Shown here piece by piece: positions 17,584-29,200 of a stretch of 64,000 nt of DNA. The stretch is from an uncultured Thiomicrospira sp. (GTDB taxonomy: Bacteria > Pseudomonadota > Gammaproteobacteria > CAKMZV01): positions 768,001-832,000 of the forward strand of contig OZ239628.1 in NCBI GenBank assembly GCA_965195345.1. The letters are read 5' to 3'. Positions within the stretch are counted from its first letter, which is position 1. The number at the start of each line of letters is the position of its first letter. A model generated the notes under the pieces. That model was not told the DNA's origin. It ran no database searches and saw nothing but the letters and a program-made list of their open reading frames with translations. Made by a program: the position numbers and the translations under genes.

Positions 17584-20500
17584 ATGAAAATGAACCATTT
17601 AAAGTGCTGGGGATTTCTATTATCACTCGTTTTTCTATCTGCCTGTGGTGGCGGTGGCGATTCAACACCTCCGTCTACTAATGCAGCACCAAGCTTAAGC
17701 CTCTCTGTCAACGCCGTAACGCTTAATGAAGATTTTGGCACTTTTGTCATCAATACCACTGCTACCGATGCAGAAGATGGGACACTGTCAGTAACTGTAT
17801 CTGGACAGGCTGGTTTGCTAACCACTGATGTCACCACTGGTCGAATTACCCTAACTTCTATTGCCAATGCTAACGGCACAGCTACACTTACTGTACGTGC
17901 TACCGATAGCGGAAACCTCTCTGCTACTACCGAAGTGGTTGTTGCCATTAACGCCATCAATGATGCACCTACATTGGTACTATCAACGACCGCCATTAGT
18001 CTCAATGAAGACTTTGGTGCCTTTGTCATCAACGCTACCGCGACCGATGTGGATGATGGAGCACTGTTAGTAACCGTGACTGGGCAGGCCGGCTTGCTAA
18101 CCACTAATATTACCACTGATCAAATTACCTTAACTTCCATTGCCAATGCCAACGGAACAGCCACCCTTACTGTAAGCGCTAACGATAGTGGGAACCTCTC
18201 AGTCTCCACCGAAGTGCTGGTGGTTATCAATGCCATTAATGATACGCCCACACTTACCTTTTCAACCACTCAATTTAGTCTAAATGCAAATTTTACATCT
18301 CAGACAATAGCAACAGCAACAGACGTTGAAGATGCTTCCTTGCTCCTAACCTTTGCACTATCTGCAACCGATGTAGTACAAATAACGACGGTTGCTAATC
18401 GGTTTATATTAAATTCTATCACTGATGCTTTTGGCGAGACAACCATCACTCTAACAGCAACTGATAACAGCGGTAATCAGTCATCTCAAATTTTCACAGT
18501 GCGCGTTAACGGATTCCCTACATTAGCCTTATCAACGCAGAATATCACTTTAGATGAAGACTTCGGCACTTTCATCATCAACACCACTGCAACCGATGCA
18601 GAAGATGGCGTGCTTCCCGTTGCAGTGACTGGACAAGATGCCAGTCTGTTCGCCATAACCACTTCTGCCAATCAGATTATGCTTGCCTCCATTGCTAATG
18701 CTAACGGCACAGCTACGCTTACAGTAAGCATTGTTGATAGTGGAAATCTCTCCGCTTCTACCGAAGTGGTGGTGATTGTCAATGCCGTCAATGATACGCC
18801 CACACTTACCTTTTCAACCACTCAATTTAGTCTAAATGCAAATTTCACATCTCAGACAATAGCAACAGCAGCAGACGTTGATGATACTTCCCTGCTCCTA
18901 ACCTTTGCACTATCTGCCACCGATGTAGTACAAATAACGACGGTTGCTAATCAGTTTATATTAAATCCTATTATCAATGCTTTTGGCGACGCAACCATCA
19001 CCCTAGTAGTATCTGATGCTGGTGTGCGCTCTTCTTCTCAAGTTTTCACGGTGCGCGTTAACACACCCACCGCATCGACAACACCTACATTAGCCTTATC
19101 AACGCAGAACATCACTTTAGACGAAGACTTCGGCACTTTTATTATCAACACTACTGCAAGTGATGCAGAAGATGGGGCGTTATTAGTGACCGTATCTGGA
19201 CAGGCTGGTTTACTAACCACTAATGTCACCACTGATCAAATTACGCTCACTTCCGTTTCCAATGCCAATGGAATAGTTACGCTCAACGTACTTGCTATTG
19301 ACAGTGGTGATCTTGCAGTCTCCACCGAAGTGGTGGTGACCATCAATGCCGTCAATGATAGTCCTACATTGACGCTATCAACAACTAACCTCAGCCTCAG
19401 TGAAGATTTTGGTACTTTCGTCATCAACACCACTGCAAGTGATGCAGAAGACGGAGCGTTATTAGTGACCGTGTCTGGACAGGCTGGTTTACTAACCACT
19501 AATGCTACTACTGATCAAATTACGCTCACTTCCGTTGCTAATGCCAACGGAATAACCACACTCACTGTAAGTGCCACCGATAGTGACGCTATTACAGTCT
19601 CCACCGAAGTTGTGGTGGTTATCAATGCCGTCAATGACACTCCCACGCTGTCTTTATCTGTGACGCAAAGGACGCTTGCTCAAAACTTTGGCACTTTCGT
19701 CATCAATGCCACTGCAACCGATGTGGAATCAGGCACATTGGGCTTTAGTGTCAGTACAGGTAATGGCATTGTTGATGTAACAACCTCTGTCAATACGATT
19801 ACTCTGCAATCACTCGCCAATGTCATAGGCGATGTGACGTTAACGGTTAGCGTAAGCGATGGACTATTGACGGCGACACAGTCCATTTTTATATCCGTTA
19901 GCAGCGGTCCGACGTTTGAGTTGTCCACAAACACTATCGTTTTAGATGAAGACTTTACTACCTTTACCATCAACACCACTGCAACGGCTGCAGATGGGGC
20001 TATATTACCTACTTCAGTATTGCAGAGCACGCCTAATCTACTTACGTTTAGCACCACAACTGGGCGCATTACCCTCTCATCTATTGCGAATGTGAATGGA
20101 GTAACGACCCTTACCGTCAGTGCAACCAATCAAGGTGGAATAACGAATACGACAGAAGTAGCCATTACCATTAATTCCATTAATGATACTCCCACGCTCA
20201 GTTTATCAAGTACAAACTTAACCTTGGCACCTAATAGCACTGGTTTGATAACTGCCTTTGGTGCAGATTTGGAAACAAGCAGTGCCTCACTAGTCTATTC
20301 TGTACAACAAAATCCATCTTTGTTACAGTTGAGTACACAAGGCAATGTTATCGTACTGAGATCGACTACTACTGCAGGCTCGACCACTTTAGTGATAACC
20401 GTTACTGATGGCGGTAACTTAAGTGCTTCAGCAACCGCTCGAGTTACTGTTCTCTCTGGCGTTTTGAATATTGCTTTGAATGTTAAACGCATTAACTTTT

Positions 20501-22233
20501 CTTGGAATACATCTCCTACAGCAAATCATTACCGCATGCTTAGCAATGTCGATTTGAATGCTGGTGGTGGTTTTGTTGATGCCAGTAGCGCAAGTTTAGT
20601 TTTTATACCGAATAGCACGAATATTATCAATACTACAGTCTCTGCAACAGTGGATGTAGCAGGCTATCTTTCTACGGCTAATGGACCACAGTATCTGCTA
20701 CAAGCTTGTAGTAGTGTGGACAATTCAGTCTGTTCTGATCATGCACAACAATCCCTGAGCAATGCTCAGTTAGAGGGATTGATTGGTTACTTCAAAGCAT
20801 CTAATACAGATGCTAATGATAGGTTTGGTCGTGATGTAGCGATAAGCGGTGATGGTAACACACTTGTAGTCAGTGCACAATTTGAAGACAGCACCGCCAC
20901 TGGCATCAACGGTGATCAAACAAACAATGGTGCGGGTGATTCTGGTGCAGTCTATGTTTTTGTACGCAACAGTGCAGGCACATGGAGTCAACAAGCATAC
21001 ATTAAAGCCTCTAATGCAGAAGCCAATGATCAGTTTGGTACAGCTATATCGATAAGCGATAATGGTAATACGCTAATTGTTGGTGCATTTGGGGAGGACA
21101 GCACCGCCACTGGCGTTAATGGTGATCAAACAAACAATGGTGCGGGTGATTCTGGTGCAGCCTATGTTTTTGTGCGCAGTAGTACGGCGGGCACATGGAG
21201 TCAACAAGCCTATCTCAAAGCATCTAATACAGAAGCTGGGGATGAGTTTAGCCGAGAAGGCGTTTCAATTAGTGGTGATGGTAATACTCTAATTGTCAGT
21301 GCACTTGGTGAAGACAGCAGTGCCACTGGTGTGGGCGGCGATGAAACAAGCGGTGGTGCTGCTGATTCTGGTGCAGCCTATGTTTTTGTGCGCAGTAGTA
21401 CAGATTCATCATGGAGCCAACAAGCTTATATCAAAGCTTCTAATCCAAATAGCACTGATCGATTTGGCGAAGTTGTATCGTTGGATGATGATGGTAATAC
21501 TCTCGTTATTGGAGCACCTTTTGAGGACAGCACTGCCACGGGCATCAACGGCAATGAAACAAGTAATGGAGCACTTGGCGCAGGCGCAGCCTATGTTTTT
21601 GTGCGTAGTACTACGGGTACATGGAGTCAACAAGCTTACATCAAAGCCTCTAATACGGATTCTTTGGATAACTTTGGTTTAACCGTACCAATAAGTGATG
21701 ATGGTAATACCATCGTCATCGGTGCCGCTTTTGAAGACAGTGATGCGACGGGTATCAACGGTGATGAAGTAAATAATAATTCAACTAACACTGGTGCAGC
21801 CTATGTTTTTGTGCGTAGCACTACGGGTACATGGAGTCAACAAGCTTACATCAAAGCCTCAAATGCAGAGGATGGTGATCTATTTGGTTTAGCTGCAGGG
21901 ATAAGCGGTGATGGTAATACTCTAATTGTTGGTGCACGTGATGAAGACAGCAACGCTACGGGTATCAACGGCGATGAAACAGTAAATAATGCAACTAATG
22001 CTGGTGCAGCCTATCTTTTTGTTCGTAGCAGCACGGGCACGTGGAGTCAACAAGCCTACATCAAAGCCTCTAACACAGAAGCAAATGATCTATTTAGTTC
22101 AGCTCTCTCGATAAGCGACGATGGTAGAACACTCGCTATTGGTTCAAATGCTGAAGAGAGCGATGCCACCGGCATTAATGGCGATCAAGCAGACAATAGT
22201 CAAGATAACGCTGGTGCAGTGTATTTATATTAG
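17584..22233 (+). CDS. Lipoprotein adhesin, 1549 aa, no CTLD
   Basis: MKMNHLKCWGFLLSLVFLSAC signal, repeats, 7 FG-GAP blades. Confidence 0.95.
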   Translation: MKMNHLKCWGFLLSLVFLSACGGGGDSTPPSTNAAPSLSLSVNAVTLNEDFGTFVINTTATDAEDGTLSVTVSGQAGLLTTDVTTGRITLTSIANANGTATLTVRATDSGNLSATTEVVVAINAINDAPTLVLSTTAISLNEDFGAFVINATATDVDDGALLVTVTGQAGLLTTNITTDQITLTSIANANGTATLTVSANDSGNLSVSTEVLVVINAINDTPTLTFSTTQFSLNANFTSQTIATATDVEDASLLLTFALSATDVVQITTVANRFILNSITDAFGETTITLTATDNSGNQSSQIFTVRVNGFPTLALSTQNITLDEDFGTFIINTTATDAEDGVLPVAVTGQDASLFAITTSANQIMLASIANANGTATLTVSIVDSGNLSASTEVVVIVNAVNDTPTLTFSTTQFSLNANFTSQTIATAADVDDTSLLLTFALSATDVVQITTVANQFILNPIINAFGDATITLVVSDAGVRSSSQVFTVRVNTPTASTTPTLALSTQNITLDEDFGTFIINTTASDAEDGALLVTVSGQAGLLTTNVTTDQITLTSVSNANGIVTLNVLAIDSGDLAVSTEVVVTINAVNDSPTLTLSTTNLSLSEDFGTFVINTTASDAEDGALLVTVSGQAGLLTTNATTDQITLTSVANANGITTLTVSATDSDAITVSTEVVVVINAVNDTPTLSLSVTQRTLAQNFGTFVINATATDVESGTLGFSVSTGNGIVDVTTSVNTITLQSLANVIGDVTLTVSVSDGLLTATQSIFISVSSGPTFELSTNTIVLDEDFTTFTINTTATAADGAILPTSVLQSTPNLLTFSTTTGRITLSSIANVNGVTTLTVSATNQGGITNTTEVAITINSINDTPTLSLSSTNLTLAPNSTGLITAFGADLETSSASLVYSVQQNPSLLQLSTQGNVIVLRSTTTAGSTTLVITVTDGGNLSASATARVTVLSGVLNIALNVKRINFSWNTSPTANHYRMLSNVDLNAGGGFVDASSASLVFIPNSTNIINTTVSATVDVAGYLSTANGPQYLLQACSSVDNSVCSDHAQQSLSNAQLEGLIGYFKASNTDANDRFGRDVAISGDGNTLVVSAQFEDSTATGINGDQTNNGAGDSGAVYVFVRNSAGTWSQQAYIKASNAEANDQFGTAISISDNGNTLIVGAFGEDSTATGVNGDQTNNGAGDSGAAYVFVRSSTAGTWSQQAYLKASNTEAGDEFSREGVSISGDGNTLIVSALGEDSSATGVGGDETSGGAADSGAAYVFVRSSTDSSWSQQAYIKASNPNSTDRFGEVVSLDDDGNTLVIGAPFEDSTATGINGNETSNGALGAGAAYVFVRSTTGTWSQQAYIKASNTDSLDNFGLTVPISDDGNTIVIGAAFEDSDATGINGDEVNNNSTNTGAAYVFVRSTTGTWSQQAYIKASNAEDGDLFGLAAGISGDGNTLIVGARDEDSNATGINGDETVNNATNAGAAYLFVRSSTGTWSQQAYIKASNTEANDLFSSALSISDDGRTLAIGSNAEESDATGINGDQADNSQDNAGAVYLY

Positions 22234-22481
22234 AATTTAGATAGCTAAAAGGCAACTAAAGTTGCTTGATTAATCCACCTTTATGTATTCATCGGGAAGG
22301 CAGGCATACAGCTTTTCTGCTTACCGCTTATTGCTTTAAATGTTATAAACATGCTTGCATGTTTTCTCATGCTTTAATTTATAATAAATCAAGTGTCACA
22401 GTGCAAAATATGAGCTTCTATCTCATACATAAACTGTAGTGAAATTTTAATTGCATAATTGAGTACATAAGGTGAATTGAT
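22234..22481 (+). promoter_or_regulatory. Conserved spacer, type A
   Basis: TTGCAT(22355)-N19-TATAAT(22380); palindrome AAACATGC-TT-GCATGTTT at 22347-22364. Confidence 0.55.
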
Positions 22482-25400
22482 ATGGGATATATAAAGCGCT
22501 GGGCATTTCTGTTGTTGTTTGTTTTTCTGTCTGCCTGCGGTGGCGGTGGCGGTGGTGGTACAACACCTCCATCTACTAATACAGCACCAAGCTTAAGCCT
22601 CTCTGTCAATGCCGTAACGCTTGATGAAGATTTTGGCACTTTTGTCATCAATACCACTGCTACCGATGCAGAAGATGGGACACTGTCAGTAACTGTATCT
22701 GGACAGGCTGGTTTGCTAACCACTGATGTCACCACTGGTCGAATTACCCTAACTTCTGTTGCCAATGCTAACGGCACAACTACACTTACTGTACGTGCTA
22801 CCGATAGCGGAAACCTCTCTGCTACCACCGAAGTGGCTGTCACCATCAACGCCATCAATGATGCACCTACATTGATACTATCAACGACCGCCATTAGTCT
22901 CAATGAAGACTTTGGCACCTTTATCATCAACGCTACCGCAACCGATGTGGATGATGGAGCACTGTTAGTAACCGTGACTGGGCAGGCCGGCTTGCTAACC
23001 ACTAATATTACCACTGATCAAATTACCTTAACTTCCATTGCCAATGCCAACGGAACAGCCACCCTTACTGTAAGCGCTAACGATAGTGAGAATCTCTCAG
23101 TCTCCACCGAAGTGGTGGTGACCATCAATGCCGTCAATGATAGTCCTACATTGACGCTATCAACAACTAACCTTAGCCTCAGTGAAGATTTTGGCACTTT
23201 CATCATCAACACCACAGCAAGTGATGTAGAAGATGGTGTATTATCTTTTACAGTATCTGGTCGAGATGCAAGTCTATTAACAGTTAGCACTTCTATCAAT
23301 CAGATAATGCTCACTTCCGTTGCTAATGCCACCGGAACAACCACACTTACTGTAAGTGCTACCGATAGTGGAAATCTCTCCGCTTCCACCGAAGTTGTGG
23401 TGGTTGTCAATGCCGTCAATGTCACCCCCACGCTGTCTTTATCTGTGACGCAAAGGGCGCTTGTTCAAGATTTTGGCACTTTCGTCATCAACACCACTGC
23501 AACCGATGTGGAATCAGGACCATTGGGCTTTAGTGTCAGCACAGGTAATGGCGTTGTTGATGTAACAACCTCTGTCAATACGATTACTCTGCAATCACTC
23601 GCTAATGTCATAGGCGCTGTGACGTTAACGGTTAGCGTAAGCGATGGACTATTGACGGCGACACAGTCCATTTTTATAACCGTTAGTAGGGCGTTTACGC
23701 TTGAAGTATCGACAAACACTATCGTTTTAGATGAAGATTTTAATACCTTTATTATTAACACCACTGCAACGGCTGCAGATGGCACTATATTACCTATTTC
23801 AGTGACGCAAAGCACGCCTAATTTATTGACATTCAGCACCATAACTGGGCGCATTACCCTTTCATCTATTGCGAATGTGAATGGAGTAACAACCCTTACC
23901 GTGAGTGCGGCTAATCAAAGTGGACTAACGAACACGACAGAAGTAGCCATTACCATTAATTCCGTTAATGATACTCCCACACTCAGTTTATCAAATACAA
24001 ACTTAATCTTGGCACCTAATAGCACTGGTTTGATAACTGCTTTTGGTACGGATGTGGAAACAAGCAGTGCCTCATTGATCTATTCGGTACAACAAAATCC
24101 ATCTTTGTTACAAGTGAGTACACCAGGCAATGTTATCGTGCTGAGATCGAATGCTACTGCAGGATCGACTACTTTAGTGATAACCGTCATGGATGGTGAT
24201 GGTTTAAGCACTTCAGCAACCGCTCAAGTTACGGTTCTGTCAAATGTTTTGAATGTAAATTTGAATGTTAAACGCATTAACTTTTCTTGGAATACATCTC
24301 CTACAGCAAATCATTACCGCATGCTTAGCAATGTCGATTTGAATGCTGGTGGTGGTTTTGTTGATGCCAGTAGCGCAAGTTTAGTTTTTATACCGAATAG
24401 CACGAATATTATCAATACTACAGTCTCTGCGATAGTGGATGTAGCAGGCTATCTTTCTACGGCTAATGGACCACAGTATCTGCTACAAGCTTGTACTAGT
24501 GTGGATAATTCAGCCTGTGCTAATCATGCACTACAAACTTTGAGCAATGCCCAGTTAGAAGGGTTGATTGGTTACTTCAAAGCATCTAACACAGGGGGAA
24601 ATGATCTATTTGGTTTAGCTGTCGAAATAAGCGGTGATGGCAACACATTAGTTGTCGGTGCACTTGGGGAGGACAGTACCGCCACTGGCATCAACGGTGA
24701 TCAATTAGATAATTCTGCAAGTAACTCTGGTGCAGTCTATGTCTTTGTGCGCAACAATGCAGGCACATGGAGTCAACAAGCCTACGTCAAAGCATCAAAT
24801 ACAGATATAGATGATCAATTTGGTTTTGCTGTATCGATAAGCGATAATGGTAATACTCTAATTGTCGGTGTACCATTCGAGGGCAGCACCGCCACTGGCA
24901 TCAACGGTGATCAATTAGATAATTCTGCAAGTGACTCTGGTGCAGCCTATGTTTTTGTGCGCAGTAGTACTGGCACATGGAGTCAACAAGCTTACATCAA
25001 GGCCTCTAATACAGAAGATTTTGATAATTTTGGCAGAGCTGTATCGGTCACTGCTGATGGTAATACACTCGCTGTCGGTGCATTTTTCGAAGATAGCGAT
25101 GCCACGGGCATCGACGGCGATCAAGCAAATAATGGCAGTGGTGTTAATTCAAATTCTGGTGCAGCCTATGTTTTTGTGCGCAGTAGCACAGGTACATGGA
25201 GCCAACAAGCTTATATTAAAGCCTCTAATTCAGGAGATAGGGATGAGTTTGGTTTTGCTGTGTCGATGAGTGGTGATGGTAATACTCTCATTGTTGGTGC
25301 ATCACTTGAGGACAGCACTGCCACTGGCATCAACGGCGATCAATTAGACAATTCTGCAAGTAACTCTGGTGCGGCCTATGTTTTTGTGCGCAGCAGCACG

Positions 25401-26021
25401 GGCACATGGAGTCAACAAGCCTACCTTAAAGCATCAAATACAGATATAGATGATCAATTTGGTGTAGCTGTATCAGTGAGTGGTGATGGTAATACGCTCA
25501 TTGTTGGTACAAGAGATGAAGGCAGCAATGCGACGGGTATCAACGGTGATGAATCCAGCAATACTGCTATTCGCTCTGGTGCAGCCTATGTTTTTGTACG
25601 CAGTAGTGCGGGCAGTTGGAGCCAACAAGCCTACATCAAAGCCTCTAATACAGAAGCAAATGATCGGTTTGGTGAAGCTGTAGCAATAAGCAGTAATGGT
25701 AATACGCTAATTGTTGGTGCAGGTGCTGAAGGCAGCAGTGCTACGGGTATCAACGGGGGGCAAACAAATGGTTCTATTTCTGCTGGTGCAGGTGCATCCT
25801 ATCTTTTTGTTCGTGGCAGCACAGGCACATGGAGTCAACAAGCTTACATCAAGGCTTCTAATACAGAAGGTTTTGCTCAATTTGGTGGCGTTGTTTCAAT
25901 AAGCGGTGATGGTAAAACACTCGCTGTCGGTGCATCTTTCGAAGATAGCGGTGCCACCGGCATCAATGGCGATCAAACAGACAATAGTCAAGGTCTTGCT
26001 GGTGCAGTGTATTTATATTAG
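22482..26021 (+). CDS. Lipoprotein adhesin, 1179 aa, no CTLD
   Basis: Lipobox + G7, repeats, 7 FG-GAP blades. Confidence 0.95.
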   Translation: MGYIKRWAFLLLFVFLSACGGGGGGGTTPPSTNTAPSLSLSVNAVTLDEDFGTFVINTTATDAEDGTLSVTVSGQAGLLTTDVTTGRITLTSVANANGTTTLTVRATDSGNLSATTEVAVTINAINDAPTLILSTTAISLNEDFGTFIINATATDVDDGALLVTVTGQAGLLTTNITTDQITLTSIANANGTATLTVSANDSENLSVSTEVVVTINAVNDSPTLTLSTTNLSLSEDFGTFIINTTASDVEDGVLSFTVSGRDASLLTVSTSINQIMLTSVANATGTTTLTVSATDSGNLSASTEVVVVVNAVNVTPTLSLSVTQRALVQDFGTFVINTTATDVESGPLGFSVSTGNGVVDVTTSVNTITLQSLANVIGAVTLTVSVSDGLLTATQSIFITVSRAFTLEVSTNTIVLDEDFNTFIINTTATAADGTILPISVTQSTPNLLTFSTITGRITLSSIANVNGVTTLTVSAANQSGLTNTTEVAITINSVNDTPTLSLSNTNLILAPNSTGLITAFGTDVETSSASLIYSVQQNPSLLQVSTPGNVIVLRSNATAGSTTLVITVMDGDGLSTSATAQVTVLSNVLNVNLNVKRINFSWNTSPTANHYRMLSNVDLNAGGGFVDASSASLVFIPNSTNIINTTVSAIVDVAGYLSTANGPQYLLQACTSVDNSACANHALQTLSNAQLEGLIGYFKASNTGGNDLFGLAVEISGDGNTLVVGALGEDSTATGINGDQLDNSASNSGAVYVFVRNNAGTWSQQAYVKASNTDIDDQFGFAVSISDNGNTLIVGVPFEGSTATGINGDQLDNSASDSGAAYVFVRSSTGTWSQQAYIKASNTEDFDNFGRAVSVTADGNTLAVGAFFEDSDATGIDGDQANNGSGVNSNSGAAYVFVRSSTGTWSQQAYIKASNSGDRDEFGFAVSMSGDGNTLIVGASLEDSTATGINGDQLDNSASNSGAAYVFVRSSTGTWSQQAYLKASNTDIDDQFGVAVSVSGDGNTLIVGTRDEGSNATGINGDESSNTAIRSGAAYVFVRSSAGSWSQQAYIKASNTEANDRFGEAVAISSNGNTLIVGAGAEGSSATGINGGQTNGSISAGAGASYLFVRGSTGTWSQQAYIKASNTEGFAQFGGVVSISGDGKTLAVGASFEDSGATGINGDQTDNSQGLAGAVYLY

Positions 26022-26264
26022 AATACGTATATAGCTAAAAGACAACTAAAGTTGTCTGATTACTCCACCATTATGTATTCATCAGGCAGACAGCTTTTCT
26101 GCTTACCGCTTATTGCTTTAAATGTTATAAACATGCTTGCATGTTTTCTCATGCTTTAATTTATAATAAATCAAGTTGTCACAGTTCAAAATATGAGCTT
26201 CTATGTCATACATAAACTGTAGTGAAATTTTAATTGCATAATTGAGTACATAAGGTGAATTGAT
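26022..26264 (+). promoter_or_regulatory. Conserved spacer, type A
   Basis: GACAAC-TAAA-GTTGTC hairpin at 26041; TTGCAT(26137)-N19-TATAAT(26162). Confidence 0.55.
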
Positions 26265-29200
26265 ATGGGATATATAAAGCGCTGGGCATTTCTGTTGTTG
26301 TTTGTTTTTCTGTCTGCCTGCGGTGGCGGTGGCGGTGGTGGTACAACACCTCCATCTACTAATACAGCACCAAGCTTAAGCCTCTCTGTCAATGCCGTAA
26401 CGCTTGATGAAGATTTTGGTACCTTTATCATCAACACCACAGCAACCGATGCAGAAGATGGCGATCTTCCCGTTGCAGTGACTGGACAAGATGCCAGTCT
26501 ATTCGCCGTAACCACTTCTACCAATCAGATAATACTCACCTCCGTAGCTAATGCCAATGGCATAGCTACGCTTACAGTAAGCATTGTTGATAGTGGAAAT
26601 CTCTCCGCTTCCACCGAAGTGGTTGTCACCATCAACGCCATCAATGATACACCTACATTGGTACTATCAACGACCGCCATTAGTCTCAATGAAGACTTTG
26701 GTACCTTTGTCATCAACGCTACCGCGACCGATGTGGATGATGGAGTACTGCTAGTAACCGTGACTGGGCAGGCCGGCTTGCTAACCACTAATATTACCAC
26801 TGATCAAATTACCTTAGCTTCCATTGCCAATGCCAACGGAACAGCCACCCTTACTGTAAGCGCTAACGATAGTGGGAACCTCTCAGTCTCCACCGAAGTG
26901 GTGGTGGTTATCAATGCCATTAATGATACGCCCACACTTACCTTTTCAACCACTCAATTTAGTCTAAATGCAAATTTCATGCCTCAGACAATAGCAACAG
27001 CAACAGACGTTGAAGATGCTTCCTTACTCCTAACCTTTGCACTATCTGCAACCGATGTAGTACAAATAACGACGGTTGCTAATCGGTTTATATTAAATCC
27101 TATCACTAATGCTTTTGGCGAGACAACCATCACTCTAACAGCAACTGATAACAGCGGTAATCAGTCATCTCAAATTTTCACAGTGCGCGTTAACGGATTC
27201 CCTACATTAGCCTTATCAACGCAGCGTGTCACTTTAGATGAAGACTTTGGTGCCTTTATCATCAACACCACTGCCACCGATGTAGAAGATGGCGTGCTTC
27301 CCGTTGCAGTGACTGGACAAGATGTCAGTCTATTCGCCGTAACCACTTCTACCAATCAGATTATGCTTACCTCCGTTGCTAATGCCAACGGCATAGCTAC
27401 GCTTACAGTAAGCATTGTTGATAGTGGAAATCTCTCCGCTTCCACCGAAGTGGTGGTGATTGTCAACGCCATTAATGATACGCCCACACTTACCTTTTCA
27501 ACCACTCAGCTTAGTCTAAATGCAAATTTCATATCTCAGACAATAGCAACAGCAACAGACGTTGATGATGCTTCCTTGCTCCTAACCTTTGCACTATCAG
27601 CAACCGATGTGGTACAAATAACGACGGTTGCTAATCGGTTTATATTAAATCCTATCACTAATGCTTTTGGCGACACAACTATCACCCTAGCAGTATCTGA
27701 TGATGATGGTGCACGCTCTTCTTCTCAAATTTTCACAGTGCGCGTTAACGCACCCACCGCATCGACAACGCCTACATTAGCCTTATCAACGCAGAATATC
27801 ACTTTAGATGAAGACTTCGGCACTTTCATCATCAACAACACTGCAACCGATGCAGAAGATGGGACGTTATCAGTGACCGTATCTGGACAGACTGGCTTAC
27901 TAACTACTAATGCTACTACTGGTCAAATTACGCTCACTTCCGTTGCCGATGCTAATGGAATAGTTACGCTCAACGTGCGTGCTGTTGACAGTGGTAATCT
28001 TGCAATCTCCACCGAAGTGGTGGTGACCATCAATGCCATTGATGATACTCCTGTGTTGACGCTATCAACAACTAACCTCAGCCTCAGTGAAGATTTTGGC
28101 ACTTTCATCATCAACACCACTGCAAGTGATGGAGAAGATGGTGTGTTATCTTTTACAGTATCTGGTCAAGATGCAAGTCTATTAACAGTTAGCACTTCTA
28201 TCAATCAGATAATACTCACTTCTGTTGCTAATGCCAACGGAACAGTCACACTCACTGTAAGTGCCACCGATAGTGACGCTGTTACAGTTACCACCGAAGT
28301 GGCTATCACCATTAACGCCATCAACGATACTCCGACATTGACTCTTGCTACAACAAATATTACCATCGTTGAAAATGCCACTGCTCGTCAAACCATTTCC
28401 ATTACTGATGTGGCGGATGTTGAGGGAAGCACACTTACTTTTTCAGTCATTGCCTCCACTTCTGTGTTTAGTAGTAATCCTACATCTGTAGTCTCCTTTT
28501 CAGACACAAGAATGATAACCTTCAGTAGACAAAGTACTACAGCTCAACTCTATTACACTCTACGACCTGACAGCACAGGTAAGGGCTTCATTCAAATCGC
28601 TCTCACAGATGGCATAGACACACAGTTTACAACTGTTACCGTGACTGTGACAGAAGTTAAAAACCCGCCCCAAATCACTCAAGACTTTAGAACACATCGC
28701 TTCTTTGATGCGCGTGCAACACGTGTAGGCGCTGTTGGAGGTGTCTTATTTGCAGCACGAGGTGCATTCACTAGATCGCTTGTAACAACCTCTACAGATG
28801 GTACGGGGAATTTTGGCAATCAATTAAATTTTTCCCGTTCCTTAGGAGGGAGTTTAGCGGAACTGTACACTGAGGAAGCATACAACGCTTTATTGGGTTC
28901 TGTTTTGGTTGCCAATGGCGCTGCAACAGAAGGCCTTAATGATGATCGTTTTTGGCTTGGATTGACCGATATGCCTAACTCTTTTGGTGTCACTGTAGCA
29001 GATCAATCTTCGACAGATAACCGTTATTTTTGGTTATCTGGTCAACGGGTGTCACAAGGATTAGGCGCTGCTCGTATAGACGTCCCAGGAGTATACATAG
29101 GCTGGGGGGCATCTGCTCCGGGTAATCAGGGTTGTGCTAATCTGATTATTGCTGACGGCGTATCTGCAGTGTCCAGACCCTGGTCAAGTAATACATGCTT

